DNA of 64,000 nt from a virus (Duplodnaviria > Caudoviricetes): IMG/VR virus record IMGVR_UViG_3300026549_000032, positions 64,001 through 128,000 of that record; one strand, written 5' to 3'. Numbering within the stretch: the stretch's first letter is position 1; the number at the start of each line of letters is the position of its first letter. Positions 47,655 to 56,694 of this stretch are shown in pieces. Below the pieces are notes generated by a model, which ran no database searches, had not been told where the DNA came from, and worked only from the letters and a program-made list of their open reading frames with translations. Both the position numbers and the translations under genes were made by a program.

Positions 47655-49709
47655 TTATTTCTTCTTAGTAAAAGTTAATCCATTATCTCCGTTTACTTTG
47701 GCTCGAGCAACTTCAAACCATTTCTTGAGATCACTGGCTTTGGCTTTTATTGTTAAGCCAAAATCTTTGTAGACTTTTGCTAATCTATTTTTAGCCTCAG
47801 CATTAGTCAGTCTTTCTCCAACGGAGAACTCGGAATAAACTTTTTCTTTTAATCCTTCTTCGTCGATTACCTCTTCTGGTTCGAGCATCTGATTAAGCCT
47901 CGTAATATGATATCCGTTAGCCATAATCACATCTCTTCCCAAGCTCAGGTAGCCACGAATCTTACTATCCATCTGGTTTTCGACTATGTCTCTAACTTCT
48001 GGTGTCATGTTCGATTCACATAACCATCTCAGTTTATCTACTAACGTTGTCTGGCGTTCGATCGAAAGTAGTGCTACTTTAACGTCGAGTGCTGTTTGGC
48101 TCTCTTTCCCACCAAAAACCTCGTCAATTGTACTGAAGACTGTGAATCTATCCTTGTAGTCGATTTGCTGGATATCGAATGCTCTCTGTTCTGCGATGAG
48201 CACTAAATTGTTCATGACGGGAAGTTTATTTCTCCCTGCATGTTTATTAATGCCTACGTAGTCATCTTTGTAGTTTCTATCTCTACACCTATCCTCCAGC
48301 TGCTTAACAGCTACGTCTTTATTAGGGGCCGCCTGATAGTTCTCTAAGGCTGCTTCACTAAAACGAATTTTGATCTCGATCTTTCTTTCGTAATCTTCTC
48401 GAGTCATTTTTCGATTAGTTTCTTCATCCCTGAGAGTTTTGTAGTAGAACTCCGCTGAATTCTTCCATGGATTCTCTTCAAGTCTTTGTCTTCCGAGAAT
48501 CTGAGGAAGATCCAAGCTTATATCTACTGCCAAGCAGTCCACATTAGCGTCACTTAGAATAAATGTCCTAGCATTATCAGAATAGAAGTCAGCCCCAAGG
48601 TAGACCGTTCTTGTACAGATCGTAAACATCTTCCTAGGTTCATCCTTTAGAGGAACTTTTCCGATGATATACTTTTTCGAACCTAGGCCCTTGTTAAATT
48701 TGGCCTGATTATCTGGGGTATTACTACAAAGGATATTCACTTCCTCTGGTTGAATACCACACTTCTTTATGATCTGGATGATATTCTTTACGGAGTTAAC
48801 GAAGATCATAGCTTCTCTACTTTCTATGGTCCTGATCTGACCAGTATCTTTGTCTACCTCCCTGAAAGTTTCAAACTTACCTCTCCTATATTCTCTTACT
48901 ATTCTCTTAATAGGTTCATAGATAGAGTCGATTATTCTAACTTTCAAGTTTGGTTTCCTTGTTCTTCCCGGGTCAGCTGTCTCCCAATCTAATTCATAGT
49001 AAGGAAGATTAGCAAATTCTGGGATTCTCTGGAGGTATGTCCTCATCATCGGGGTAGCACTCAGGTAGCAAACCTTATCTATCCCTTGGAGGACGTTAAC
49101 GAACTCCAGTTCCGTATCACTTTTAAATCTACTGTCGACGAAAATTGATTGAAACTCGTCAACTATCACTTGGAATGAGTCTAATAAGCCAAACTCGATC
49201 AGTACATCTTTGAGTTGGCGAAAAGAGTCGTAGGTTACGATAATCTTTAAGGGTAAGCCTTTCCTAGCCATGTTGGCTTGATAGGTCCTTAGTTCTCTAC
49301 GAAGTTTTTCTCGGAAGGAATTGTCAGCTTTAGCTGTATCCTCAGCCAGTTTCCGGAGGAATTCTTCTACGTCGATTCCTTCATCTCTGGCCTTGTCTTC
49401 TTCACTTCGATCCATTCCAGTTTTATCAATATCTTTATCAATATTGAGGTCATAATCTCTAGAGTCGTTGACTACTCTATAGACCGTGTCCGGATGCTGT
49501 TCCCATTTATTCTGAATCAGCATGTTTCTCGGACTACATAGGACAACGTTATCCTGGTTTGTGAGACACCATTCGGTGAAGCCACACCCAGGGATCTGTT
49601 TGTCCATAATGTGGGGAATCCTAGGAAAGTTGTTGTAGAATTCTTTCCAGTCCCCAATGTACCTAATTCCAGGAGGTACAATTAATGTTGTTACGTTATT
49701 ATTTTTCAT
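47655..49709 (-). CDS. SF2 helicase-like / origin-binding-like protein, paralog B
   Basis: PGCGFT, SPR, VTYDS, DEFQSIFVD, LSATP, YLGADFYS, CLAVDISLDLPQILGRQR. Confidence 0.75.
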   Translation of the reverse strand: MKNNNVTTLIVPPGIRYIGDWKEFYNNFPRIPHIMDKQIPGCGFTEWCLTNQDNVVLCSPRNMLIQNKWEQHPDTVYRVVNDSRDYDLNIDKDIDKTGMDRSEEDKARDEGIDVEEFLRKLAEDTAKADNSFREKLRRELRTYQANMARKGLPLKIIVTYDSFRQLKDVLIEFGLLDSFQVIVDEFQSIFVDSRFKSDTELEFVNVLQGIDKVCYLSATPMMRTYLQRIPEFANLPYYELDWETADPGRTRKPNLKVRIIDSIYEPIKRIVREYRRGKFETFREVDKDTGQIRTIESREAMIFVNSVKNIIQIIKKCGIQPEEVNILCSNTPDNQAKFNKGLGSKKYIIGKVPLKDEPRKMFTICTRTVYLGADFYSDNARTFILSDANVDCLAVDISLDLPQILGRQRLEENPWKNSAEFYYKTLRDEETNRKMTREDYERKIEIKIRFSEAALENYQAAPNKDVAVKQLEDRCRDRNYKDDYVGINKHAGRNKLPVMNNLVLIAEQRAFDIQQIDYKDRFTVFSTIDEVFGGKESQTALDVKVALLSIERQTTLVDKLRWLCESNMTPEVRDIVENQMDSKIRGYLSLGRDVIMANGYHITRLNQMLEPEEVIDEEGLKEKVYSEFSVGERLTNAEAKNRLAKVYKDFGLTIKAKASDLKKWFEVARAKVNGDNGLTFTKKK

Positions 49710-49781
49710 ACTAAAAACGTTGATTTAACAAATGAAATAGACCCCATCGTTTTTAATTAAAACAATGAGATCTTTACTATC

Positions 49782-49792
49782 CATATATAAGG
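49782..49792 (-). promoter_or_regulatory. Putative promoter box CCTTATATATG
   Basis: Identical 11-mer also at 47187, 50172, 50712 (minus) and 62493 (plus). Confidence 0.65.
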
Positions 49793-49837
49793 GTTTCATG
49801 GCTTCTGAGACGGTGGGTCCAAAAAGAAAAGAAAGGG

Positions 49838-50068
49838 CTACTTAGTAGCAGCCTGCTTTCCTTCTTCTTCGTATTTATCTGTTTTGTTCCAAAGCCATAC
49901 AACGGCTGGACCACAGACAATCATCATCACTGTACCGAAAATTTTCTCGGTCTTACTCATTTCATCACTGAAATCTGCAAAACTAGCAACTTCAAAAAAT
50001 GTTACCAGTAATACGAGGACCATGCCTAAGAAGCATGCAATCCATTTTGCAATTGTTAACTTTTTCAT
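49838..50068 (-). CDS. Small membrane protein (2 TM)
   Basis: Two hydrophobic helices. Confidence 0.65.
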   Translation of the reverse strand: MKKLTIAKWIACFLGMVLVLLVTFFEVASFADFSDEMSKTEKIFGTVMMIVCGPAVVWLWNKTDKYEEEGKQAATK

Positions 50069-50204
50069 GTCTTTATTCTATTAGTTTGTTTCTCTTGCTT
50101 AATTAAAAATGACCGAACTACTTTCTCGCTGTTCGGTCTCTAGGTAGAGAATTAATTCATCTCTTTCTCTACATATATAAGGTTTTCGACCCTTTCCTAG
50201 ACGG

Positions 50205-50312
50205 TCATTTTTTAAGGACCTTCTTGAGGATCAGGTAGATGATATACATTCCTAGTGCCCCAGCGCACCAAATTCCTAAATCGATTAAGTCTTTTGGATC
50301 AATGTAAATCAT
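50205..50312 (-). CDS. 35-aa single-TM protein (not in ORF track)
   Basis: MIYIDPKDLIDLGIWCAGALGMYIIYLILKKVLKK; CCTTACCAGTG box 3 nt upstream. Confidence 0.6.
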   Translation of the reverse strand: MIYIDPKDLIDLGIWCAGALGMYIIYLILKKVLKK

Positions 50313-50337
50313 ATTCACTGGTAAGGAAAAGAAAAGG

Positions 50338-50691
50338 CTATTTGTTAGCCTCTTCCTCTTTCTTTAACCACTCGACGGATCCAACGACATCACATATATT
50401 GTCTAGGGTCGCCAGGAGTTCATAATTCTGCATCTTTTCCAAGTCCTCTTTGGATTGGATGGGGATGTATGTTATTCTTCTTCTCTCCTTAATGGCCTCT
50501 TGTGTGAGTCGATCCATAACCTCGTTGTAGAGGTCGAGTGACATGTAGCGTTTTTCGTCATTTAGTTTTTCCCAAACTTTATCGACCAGGTACTCCCTTC
50601 CCCGGCGATACGCTTTCTTACATAGAATTGGTGTCCCAATCAGGACTGTCAATATTCCAAGTAAGATTAATCCATTTGATTTTGTTTTCAT
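50338..50691 (-). CDS. Membrane-anchored hypothetical protein
   Basis: N-terminal TM. Confidence 0.65.
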   Translation of the reverse strand: MKTKSNGLILLGILTVLIGTPILCKKAYRRGREYLVDKVWEKLNDEKRYMSLDLYNEVMDRLTQEAIKERRRITYIPIQSKEDLEKMQNYELLATLDNICDVVGSVEWLKKEEEANK

Positions 50692-50759
50692 TTTTAATAG
50701 ATTTATTTCTTCATATATAAGGCGTTGAGTACTATTTTGACAGTAAAAGAAAAGGGAAT

Positions 50760-50936
50760 TTACTTCCCCTTCCTTGGTAATTCATATACGGCAATTCCTC
50801 GTAAGTTTTTGCCGATAGCTTTCTTTACACCTTTCGTAAAGGCCCAGCCCACCAAGTAGGCACCTATTACTGTCAAAACTGCTTTAGCTGTCTCATTGAG
50901 TAGCCAATCTACTGTTTCCTCTTGCTCTTTTGTCAT
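50760..50936 (-). CDS. 58-aa single-TM protein (not in ORF track)
   Basis: MTKEQEETVDWLLNETAKAVLTVIGAYLVGWAFTKGVKK...; starts 1 nt after upstream stop. Confidence 0.55.
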   Translation of the reverse strand: MTKEQEETVDWLLNETAKAVLTVIGAYLVGWAFTKGVKKAIGKNLRGIAVYELPRKGK

Positions 50937-50937
50937 T

Positions 50938-51447
50938 TTACTCTACCTTATTGAAGTTATTATAATTATAGTAAGTGTTCATCTCAAACCTATGAGTCAC
51001 GTCCTGTTCGACTTGAACTCTCATGTATCTTTCATTGGCTATCTTAAGAGCAGCTTCCTCGTTAGGAGCTCTGAAGTGGAAAGTCCATCCATGACTGTCT
51101 ACGCAGAAAACGTCATTGATTACATTGAATGAGTCTGATGCATAGTAGTAATCGTCTCCTTGACTTTCATCGATTTCCCCAAGACATCGAGCGCTCCAGT
51201 AGGCTTTACCTTTCTCAATGTCTCTTCTTTCCCCACAATTAATTGATCTGTGGACATACCAACCGAATACCCAGTCTTGATTTTCCTCACCAAGTACGTA
51301 CTCCTCAACGTCTGCTTTTCCATCATAGGAGCTGTCGCTGATAGATTCTCTGTACTTTTCAGCCTTCTTTTTGTCTAAGAATACTCTACAAATGTGATAA
51401 TCACTGTAACTTCCTTTAGTTACTACATAAACTTTTTGTTCTTCCAT
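50938..51447 (-). CDS. Hypothetical phage protein
   Basis: VYVVTKGSYSDYHICRVF.DK.KAE N-terminal domain. Confidence 0.75.
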   Translation of the reverse strand: MEEQKVYVVTKGSYSDYHICRVFLDKKKAEKYRESISDSSYDGKADVEEYVLGEENQDWVFGWYVHRSINCGERRDIEKGKAYWSARCLGEIDESQGDDYYYASDSFNVINDVFCVDSHGWTFHFRAPNEEAALKIANERYMRVQVEQDVTHRFEMNTYYNYNNFNKVE

Positions 51448-51466
51448 CTATTATTCTTTTATTATT

Positions 51467-51507
51467 CACATATAAGGCATAGACAAACAATAAACACCTT
51501 ATGATTG
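51467..51507. promoter_or_regulatory. Divergent putative promoter pair (CCTTATATGTG minus; CCTTATGATTG plus)
   Basis: Recurring motif. Confidence 0.65.
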
Positions 51508-51510
51508 AAT

Positions 51511-52128
51511 ATGAAAAACGAAATTAAGAAATTAGGATTATTACTTGGTACATTTGATCCTATACACATAGGACATATTGAATTAGTAACTAGAGTACTT
51601 GGTGAGGGTCTTGTAGACAAAGTTTACATTGTTCCTACCCCAGGTAATCCTTGGAAAGATCACAAACCGGCTTCTTTCGAGTTTAGGTGTTACATGATAA
51701 AACATCTTCTCAAGAAAGAAATAACGGATGCTGGTCTTCAGGATAAGGTGGGGTTTGTAACGGGAGCTTTCTGCGAATACAATCCAGTTGACCTAGCGGA
51801 TCCAGAGGACGGTAAGTATTATTCTTACCTACAACTGGCCAGGGTTAAGGATGAACTTGGACCCACCTACGAGTACTATATTATAGGTGGCACTGATGTT
51901 GCCGAGAGTGTGAAGGGATGGAAGAAGAGTGAAGAAATACTTAAAGAATTCCATCTCTTGGGGATGGACCGTGCTGGATATGTAGATTTTCCTGAGGGAG
52001 GACCATCGATTAAGGTCTCTTCAACGAACATTCGAGAGATGATTGCTCAAGGTAAACCCGCATTCCCATGGCTCATGCCTAGTACAATTGACATAATTCA
52101 CAAATACAGACTATATGAACGAGAGTAA
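51511..52128 (+). CDS. nadD: Nicotinate/nicotinamide mononucleotide adenylyltransferase
   Basis: GTFDPIHIGH, NPWK, IGGTD...WK, VSSTNIR. Confidence 0.9.
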   Translation: MKNEIKKLGLLLGTFDPIHIGHIELVTRVLGEGLVDKVYIVPTPGNPWKDHKPASFEFRCYMIKHLLKKEITDAGLQDKVGFVTGAFCEYNPVDLADPEDGKYYSYLQLARVKDELGPTYEYYIIGGTDVAESVKGWKKSEEILKEFHLLGMDRAGYVDFPEGGPSIKVSSTNIREMIAQGKPAFPWLMPSTIDIIHKYRLYERE

Positions 52129-52861
52129 TTCAAAATTTCAAAAGAATCCTTTCCCGTGGTTAGCCTTAATGACAGTTTGGTCTGTCATGTTAGCTTGTTT
52201 ATGTGGCTACATAGGTGGCTGTACACAAAGGGGAAAGGCTGAGGATCGCCTACATGACGATCGGCTTGAAGCAAAGCTGAAACTACAAGCTGCTTCTGAA
52301 CTTGAGGCTAAATCTGTAATGGAGCTTCAGAAGCTTAGGAAGGAACAGAAGGAGTTTGAAGAGAAACAAGCCAAGTTTAGGGCAGAACAAAACCAGAAAG
52401 CTAACGAGGCAGTAGCTAAGAGAGACTCTTTTATGAAGGCTCAGGCTAAGAACTCACAAGTTCCTGATTCTGCTTCCCCCAGTCCTAGTCGAGTTATCTT
52501 GAAGGGTAATCTATTGAAAGTAAAAGATACAGGGAGATCTATCTTTGACCTTGATGCTGCTAAGAATGATAAGTGGCATAACTGGTTCGCCAGATTCCAC
52601 TATGTCTTAGAGGGAGGTGAATTTAGAACTATCTCTGTATCGGTTGGTGAACTGAGTGTTATCCAATCTGAGGAAAGGATAGCTTCTGTCGAGACTGGTG
52701 GTAGCCCTGATGTAGAGGGTGTACTAAGATCTCTTAACTATGATAGTCCGGGTAAGTATGCGGATAGGAAGAATGGAGATCAGAATAGATCCGCACAGGT
52801 CTATGTACATATTCCCATTGAGGAGTTTAATAAATATGTCGAACTTTATCATAACGATTAG
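52115..52861 (+). CDS. Single-TM protein, tandem family member 1
   Basis: TM, coiled coil, C-terminal VYVHIPIEEFNKYV. Confidence 0.7.
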   Translation: MNESNSKFQKNPFPWLALMTVWSVMLACLCGYIGGCTQRGKAEDRLHDDRLEAKLKLQAASELEAKSVMELQKLRKEQKEFEEKQAKFRAEQNQKANEAVAKRDSFMKAQAKNSQVPDSASPSPSRVILKGNLLKVKDTGRSIFDLDAAKNDKWHNWFARFHYVLEGGEFRTISVSVGELSVIQSEERIASVETGGSPDVEGVLRSLNYDSPGKYADRKNGDQNRSAQVYVHIPIEEFNKYVELYHND

Positions 52862-52864
52862 TGT

Positions 52865-53392
52865 ATGAATACAGGGAAAGATAGAACAGCTGACTTGAAT
52901 GTTGGCTCACGACTACAGGAAGTTGTTATGTTCCTGGCAATAGTAGCATTCTTTTGTGTTGTCTTATACGGAATATATCGTTTGGTAAAGGCAAATGACG
53001 GAGATGGTCAGCCTGCTAAGGTTGAGATAATTCAGCTTGGTACTCCACAGAGAATCGGAGATGGTACATTGAACTTGAGAAGTCTCTTGAGTGATCGAGA
53101 GGTAGCTGTCAAAAACCAGATTACATACTCTATCTGTACGAAGACGGCAGATGGAATTATACACTTCTTGGATATTCGGGCCATTGATGTTAAGTTTATT
53201 GATGCGTCCGGGATTAGATTAGAGGCAGAAGTTAAAGAACCCCTTGGCCTTGATGTTTTTGACTACATTGAAAAGAACATGGGACGTGCTCAATATAGTT
53301 GGGCTAGACCTAATGATAAAGTCAGTGTACGACTGTGTTGCCCAATGGATAGTGTTGAATTTTACTTGAAGAGAGGCAATGGAGCAAAGTAG
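52865..53392 (+). CDS. Single-TM protein, tandem family member 2
   Basis: TM; C-terminal VSVRLCCPMDSVEFYL. Confidence 0.7.
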   Translation: MNTGKDRTADLNVGSRLQEVVMFLAIVAFFCVVLYGIYRLVKANDGDGQPAKVEIIQLGTPQRIGDGTLNLRSLLSDREVAVKNQITYSICTKTADGIIHFLDIRAIDVKFIDASGIRLEAEVKEPLGLDVFDYIEKNMGRAQYSWARPNDKVSVRLCCPMDSVEFYLKRGNGAK

Positions 53393-54032
53393 AGGGAAGA
53401 AAGGACATCCTTTATTGAAGAAAATCCTAACCCCATTCTCTATTGTTTGGGGATGGTGGATGAAGCAAACAAAAGCCTCTAATGGAGTTAACTGGGTTGT
53501 CTTATGTCTTTTCGTGTTTGTAAGTTTCTTAATAATGTTCCTCATTAATCAGTGTACTAGTGAAACTAAGTGGATTGAGGAACATCGTTTACATAAAGTC
53601 GGCGACATAGTTCCGGATCACGGAAATACTAAAGATCTTAATATCAACGGTCTTAACTTTAATGTATCGTCTGATATGAGGACGCTTACTATGAGAGTTC
53701 GACCAGACTCTACTTATCTTAATACTGAATTTATAGCAATTAGCCCGATTAACTTTGTCTATTTCGTAGATTCCCCTAAAGAACATTCGCTCTGGGTTTA
53801 TGTAACAAAAAAGGGAGCCCAAACTCTTTTAGATTGGGATAAAGAGGGTAGTAGTGCTAATTGGCCCGCCGTCATTAATGGTTACGGAAAAGGTGGAGGT
53901 AATGGCCTTTGTAAGGAAGTTTCTTATATTGAAATTCGGATGCCAAAGAAAGACATCCCTAAGTACATAGGAATAATTGATAATGGAACAGAGTCAAAGC
54001 AAGAAGACGCCAAAGTGGAAAATAAAGACTAA
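53379..54032 (+). CDS. Single-TM protein, tandem family member 3
   Basis: TM; WIEEHR; SLWV; IEIRMPKKDIPKYI. Confidence 0.7.
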   Translation: MEQSRGKKGHPLLKKILTPFSIVWGWWMKQTKASNGVNWVVLCLFVFVSFLIMFLINQCTSETKWIEEHRLHKVGDIVPDHGNTKDLNINGLNFNVSSDMRTLTMRVRPDSTYLNTEFIAISPINFVYFVDSPKEHSLWVYVTKKGAQTLLDWDKEGSSANWPAVINGYGKGGGNGLCKEVSYIEIRMPKKDIPKYIGIIDNGTESKQEDAKVENKD

Positions 54033-54606
54033 AGAGATATCTTCTAAGATATTTCGTGGTCTAGGAAGATTTCTTGAATTCTTAATAGATCTTGGTTACG
54101 AGACAGAGGGAGCCAGTTGGCTTGTTATATTCTGTATTGCCGCTGCTTTTGTACTCTTCTCGCCCGTTAAGAGTTGTATAAATAGGAAGAGCGACTGGAT
54201 TGATAAGAATCGTGTTACTAAGTTAGCCGACCTATCACAGCTTCCTTCGACGGTAGTTCCTTGGGACATTGATACCCTAGATGTAGAGAAGGAGGATAAT
54301 CAGGGAATTGTGTTTATTATGAGAGGTTTTACTAATAAGAAGTCTTATAACCTAACTACTTTCAAAGTTCCCTACCCTAAGAGAGTTATCTTTACCAAGA
54401 CTAATTCCTCTACACCGTCGTTGTGGATTCGCTTAACGAGAGACAATGCTGATAATCTTTTCTACAAAAAAGATAAAGGTATTTCTCAGTTTATCGAACA
54501 CATAGAACACTCAGAGGATACTATCGAAATTCAGATTAGGAAGGAAGATATTCCAAAGTATATAATGATAAAACATGGAAACAGGAGCAAGCAAGAAGAC
54601 GTTTAA
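53983..54606 (+). CDS. Single-TM protein, tandem family member 4
   Basis: TM; WIDKNR; SLWI; IEIQIRKEDIPKYI. Confidence 0.7.
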   Translation: MEQSQSKKTPKWKIKTKEISSKIFRGLGRFLEFLIDLGYETEGASWLVIFCIAAAFVLFSPVKSCINRKSDWIDKNRVTKLADLSQLPSTVVPWDIDTLDVEKEDNQGIVFIMRGFTNKKSYNLTTFKVPYPKRVIFTKTNSSTPSLWIRLTRDNADNLFYKKDKGISQFIEHIEHSEDTIEIQIRKEDIPKYIMIKHGNRSKQEDV

Positions 54607-55207
54607 ACAAAGAATAGCCTGGCTTGGGGATGTAATCAGTAATATATTCAAGTCTGCTAGGTCTCTAATAAAAACTCTAATATCTATCGCCATCGTTGGT
54701 GCAATCCTATTCTTTGGTGGTAGATGGGGTTGGAGTACTTGGAAAGAGTGGAGAGAATCATCTGCTAAGGAAGATGCTTGGGTTCTTAAGAATCATGTCT
54801 TTGAGGTTGGTGAACTCATGGTCCTAGGAGAAGATGAACTGGGAACGTCGTTTGATCAGATTATCAAAGATATAGAAACAGCCCCGGCTGATTTTGTGGC
54901 GGTTATGACAGTTCGATCAAAGAAGGAAGGTCATATCACAAGAATTATTATACCTCTAGATCACCTTTACTTAGGACAACAGCCCCAGGGGAAGATCGCT
55001 CCGGTCATAAAACTTAAGAGCACCCATTATGCAGAGGCCCTATATGAAGGGAACCTAGAGAAAAGTAACTTGATAGAATATGTCAAATCTCATTTTGCTG
55101 AGAAAGGCTCGAACAGTTTTGCGGATGGAGGTAAGAACGATATCTTATATGTTTATATAGATCGTGAATTATGTCAATCATATATTATGATTAAGAAGAG
55201 AGATTAG
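54575..55207 (+). CDS. Single-TM protein, tandem family member 5
   Basis: TM; WVLKNH; LYVYIDRELCQSYIMIK. Confidence 0.7.
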   Translation: METGASKKTFKQRIAWLGDVISNIFKSARSLIKTLISIAIVGAILFFGGRWGWSTWKEWRESSAKEDAWVLKNHVFEVGELMVLGEDELGTSFDQIIKDIETAPADFVAVMTVRSKKEGHITRIIIPLDHLYLGQQPQGKIAPVIKLKSTHYAEALYEGNLEKSNLIEYVKSHFAEKGSNSFADGGKNDILYVYIDRELCQSYIMIKKRD

Positions 55208-55302
55208 TGTCTCTCTTTCTTTTTCTCCCGTGATGCAGAGTCCGCTTGAAAATAAAAGGCCTCGACTTTAGTCTTAGCCTTCTTTTTATATAGAATCGGT
55301 AC

Positions 55303-56694
55303 CTAGTATAAAAGTTCTCCTCTATACATTCCACCATTTTTCTGAACACCACTTATAATAAAGCGACGTTCAACCTCACCATATCTGCTATAGAGCCAGC
55401 CATCTTTATCTTCTTTGTAGATTTCTCCAAAGTTTTCGGTTCTGGTTCCTACATGCAGGCGAGTTCCCTTCACACGAATTGTATCTGTGTAAAGACTGAA
55501 CTTGTTTGCCAGGTAGTCATCAACCCAATGGCTTGGTTCTTCAACGGTCTGGTTCTTTTCCTCCTCGACCTCTGGATTAACTTCTTCCTCTTTACAAGGA
55601 TCTTCCTTGATCTTAAGTCCTTTTCCAGCACTGATAGAGTTCAAGACTTTTCCGACTACAGCATTCAACTTACCTTTCTTAACGGGAGTTGGGTGAATGC
55701 ATTCGTCCTCTTCTTCATTCTCATGATACCAGTCATAGTCTGGATCAGTTCGACGATCCCACTTACTGTAGAGCCATGAGGAGAGTTTGTCTTTTCGTCC
55801 ATACTTCTTGATGTAGACTTTGGCTTCATTGAATCTCTTCTCAAAGTCGTCCACATCATCACGCCCATCAACATAGTCCATATACAGGACACTAACGTAA
55901 TTTGTACGAACCTGTATGTTCAGGCAGTTGTCGTCCTCAATCTGACCATGGATGTTGGCCTCATCAACAATAGACTTGAGAGTATCGATGGTACTAACCT
56001 CCAAGGAGTTGACAAGCTCCATAACGTCGGCACGGGCCTCTTTAACTTCAAGGTTCTCATCAACATACTGGTTGATAGCCTTGGCAGAGATGTTACTGAA
56101 TGTCTTGATGTACTTGATACGGCCAGGTCGACCAACCAAGTTTTCATTAATATTCAGTGTGTTCGTTGTCAGGATATAGAGCTTTCTGCTCTTGTTCATG
56201 ACACCATCAATCATCTTAAGAAGTGCTTGGCTTGCATTGGGGTCATCATTCCGGAAAACTTTCTCAGCCTCATCCAGGAAGATAATACACTCAAACTCCA
56301 GCATCTGCACAAACTCAATCATACCAGGGATAAACTGGTTGATGATAATGACGGGGATATTGATTTCATTACAAAGAATCTTGGCAGAGATGGTCTTTCC
56401 CGTGCCCTTGATTCCATTAAAGATTATACCCAGATTCTGGTTACGTGAAATTACATACTCACTATTCCAGGTCTTCTTTATTTTCTCAATGAATTCGTCA
56501 ATTCCCAAGTCATATACTTTGAATGGGAATTCGAACTTCTCTGCAACCTTCTGGAGGCCAAGTCGTTGACTCATCGGGTTTGGGTCTTGAACCAGGTTAA
56601 ATATGCCTGGTCCTGGGGAAGGATAGACTTTAAAGTCAGCCGAGATTGGAAAGAATATACCATGCTCGGGGATCCACTTGATTTGATTACTCAT
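55303..56694 (-). CDS. AAA+ ATPase
   Basis: GIKGTGKT, IFLDEAEK, LLKMIDG, LTTN, RPGRI. Confidence 0.9.
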   Translation of the reverse strand: MSNQIKWIPEHGIFFPISADFKVYPSPGPGIFNLVQDPNPMSQRLGLQKVAEKFEFPFKVYDLGIDEFIEKIKKTWNSEYVISRNQNLGIIFNGIKGTGKTISAKILCNEINIPVIIINQFIPGMIEFVQMLEFECIIFLDEAEKVFRNDDPNASQALLKMIDGVMNKSRKLYILTTNTLNINENLVGRPGRIKYIKTFSNISAKAINQYVDENLEVKEARADVMELVNSLEVSTIDTLKSIVDEANIHGQIEDDNCLNIQVRTNYVSVLYMDYVDGRDDVDDFEKRFNEAKVYIKKYGRKDKLSSWLYSKWDRRTDPDYDWYHENEEEDECIHPTPVKKGKLNAVVGKVLNSISAGKGLKIKEDPCKEEEVNPEVEEEKNQTVEEPSHWVDDYLANKFSLYTDTIRVKGTRLHVGTRTENFGEIYKEDKDGWLYSRYGEVERRFIISGVQKNGGMYRGELLY

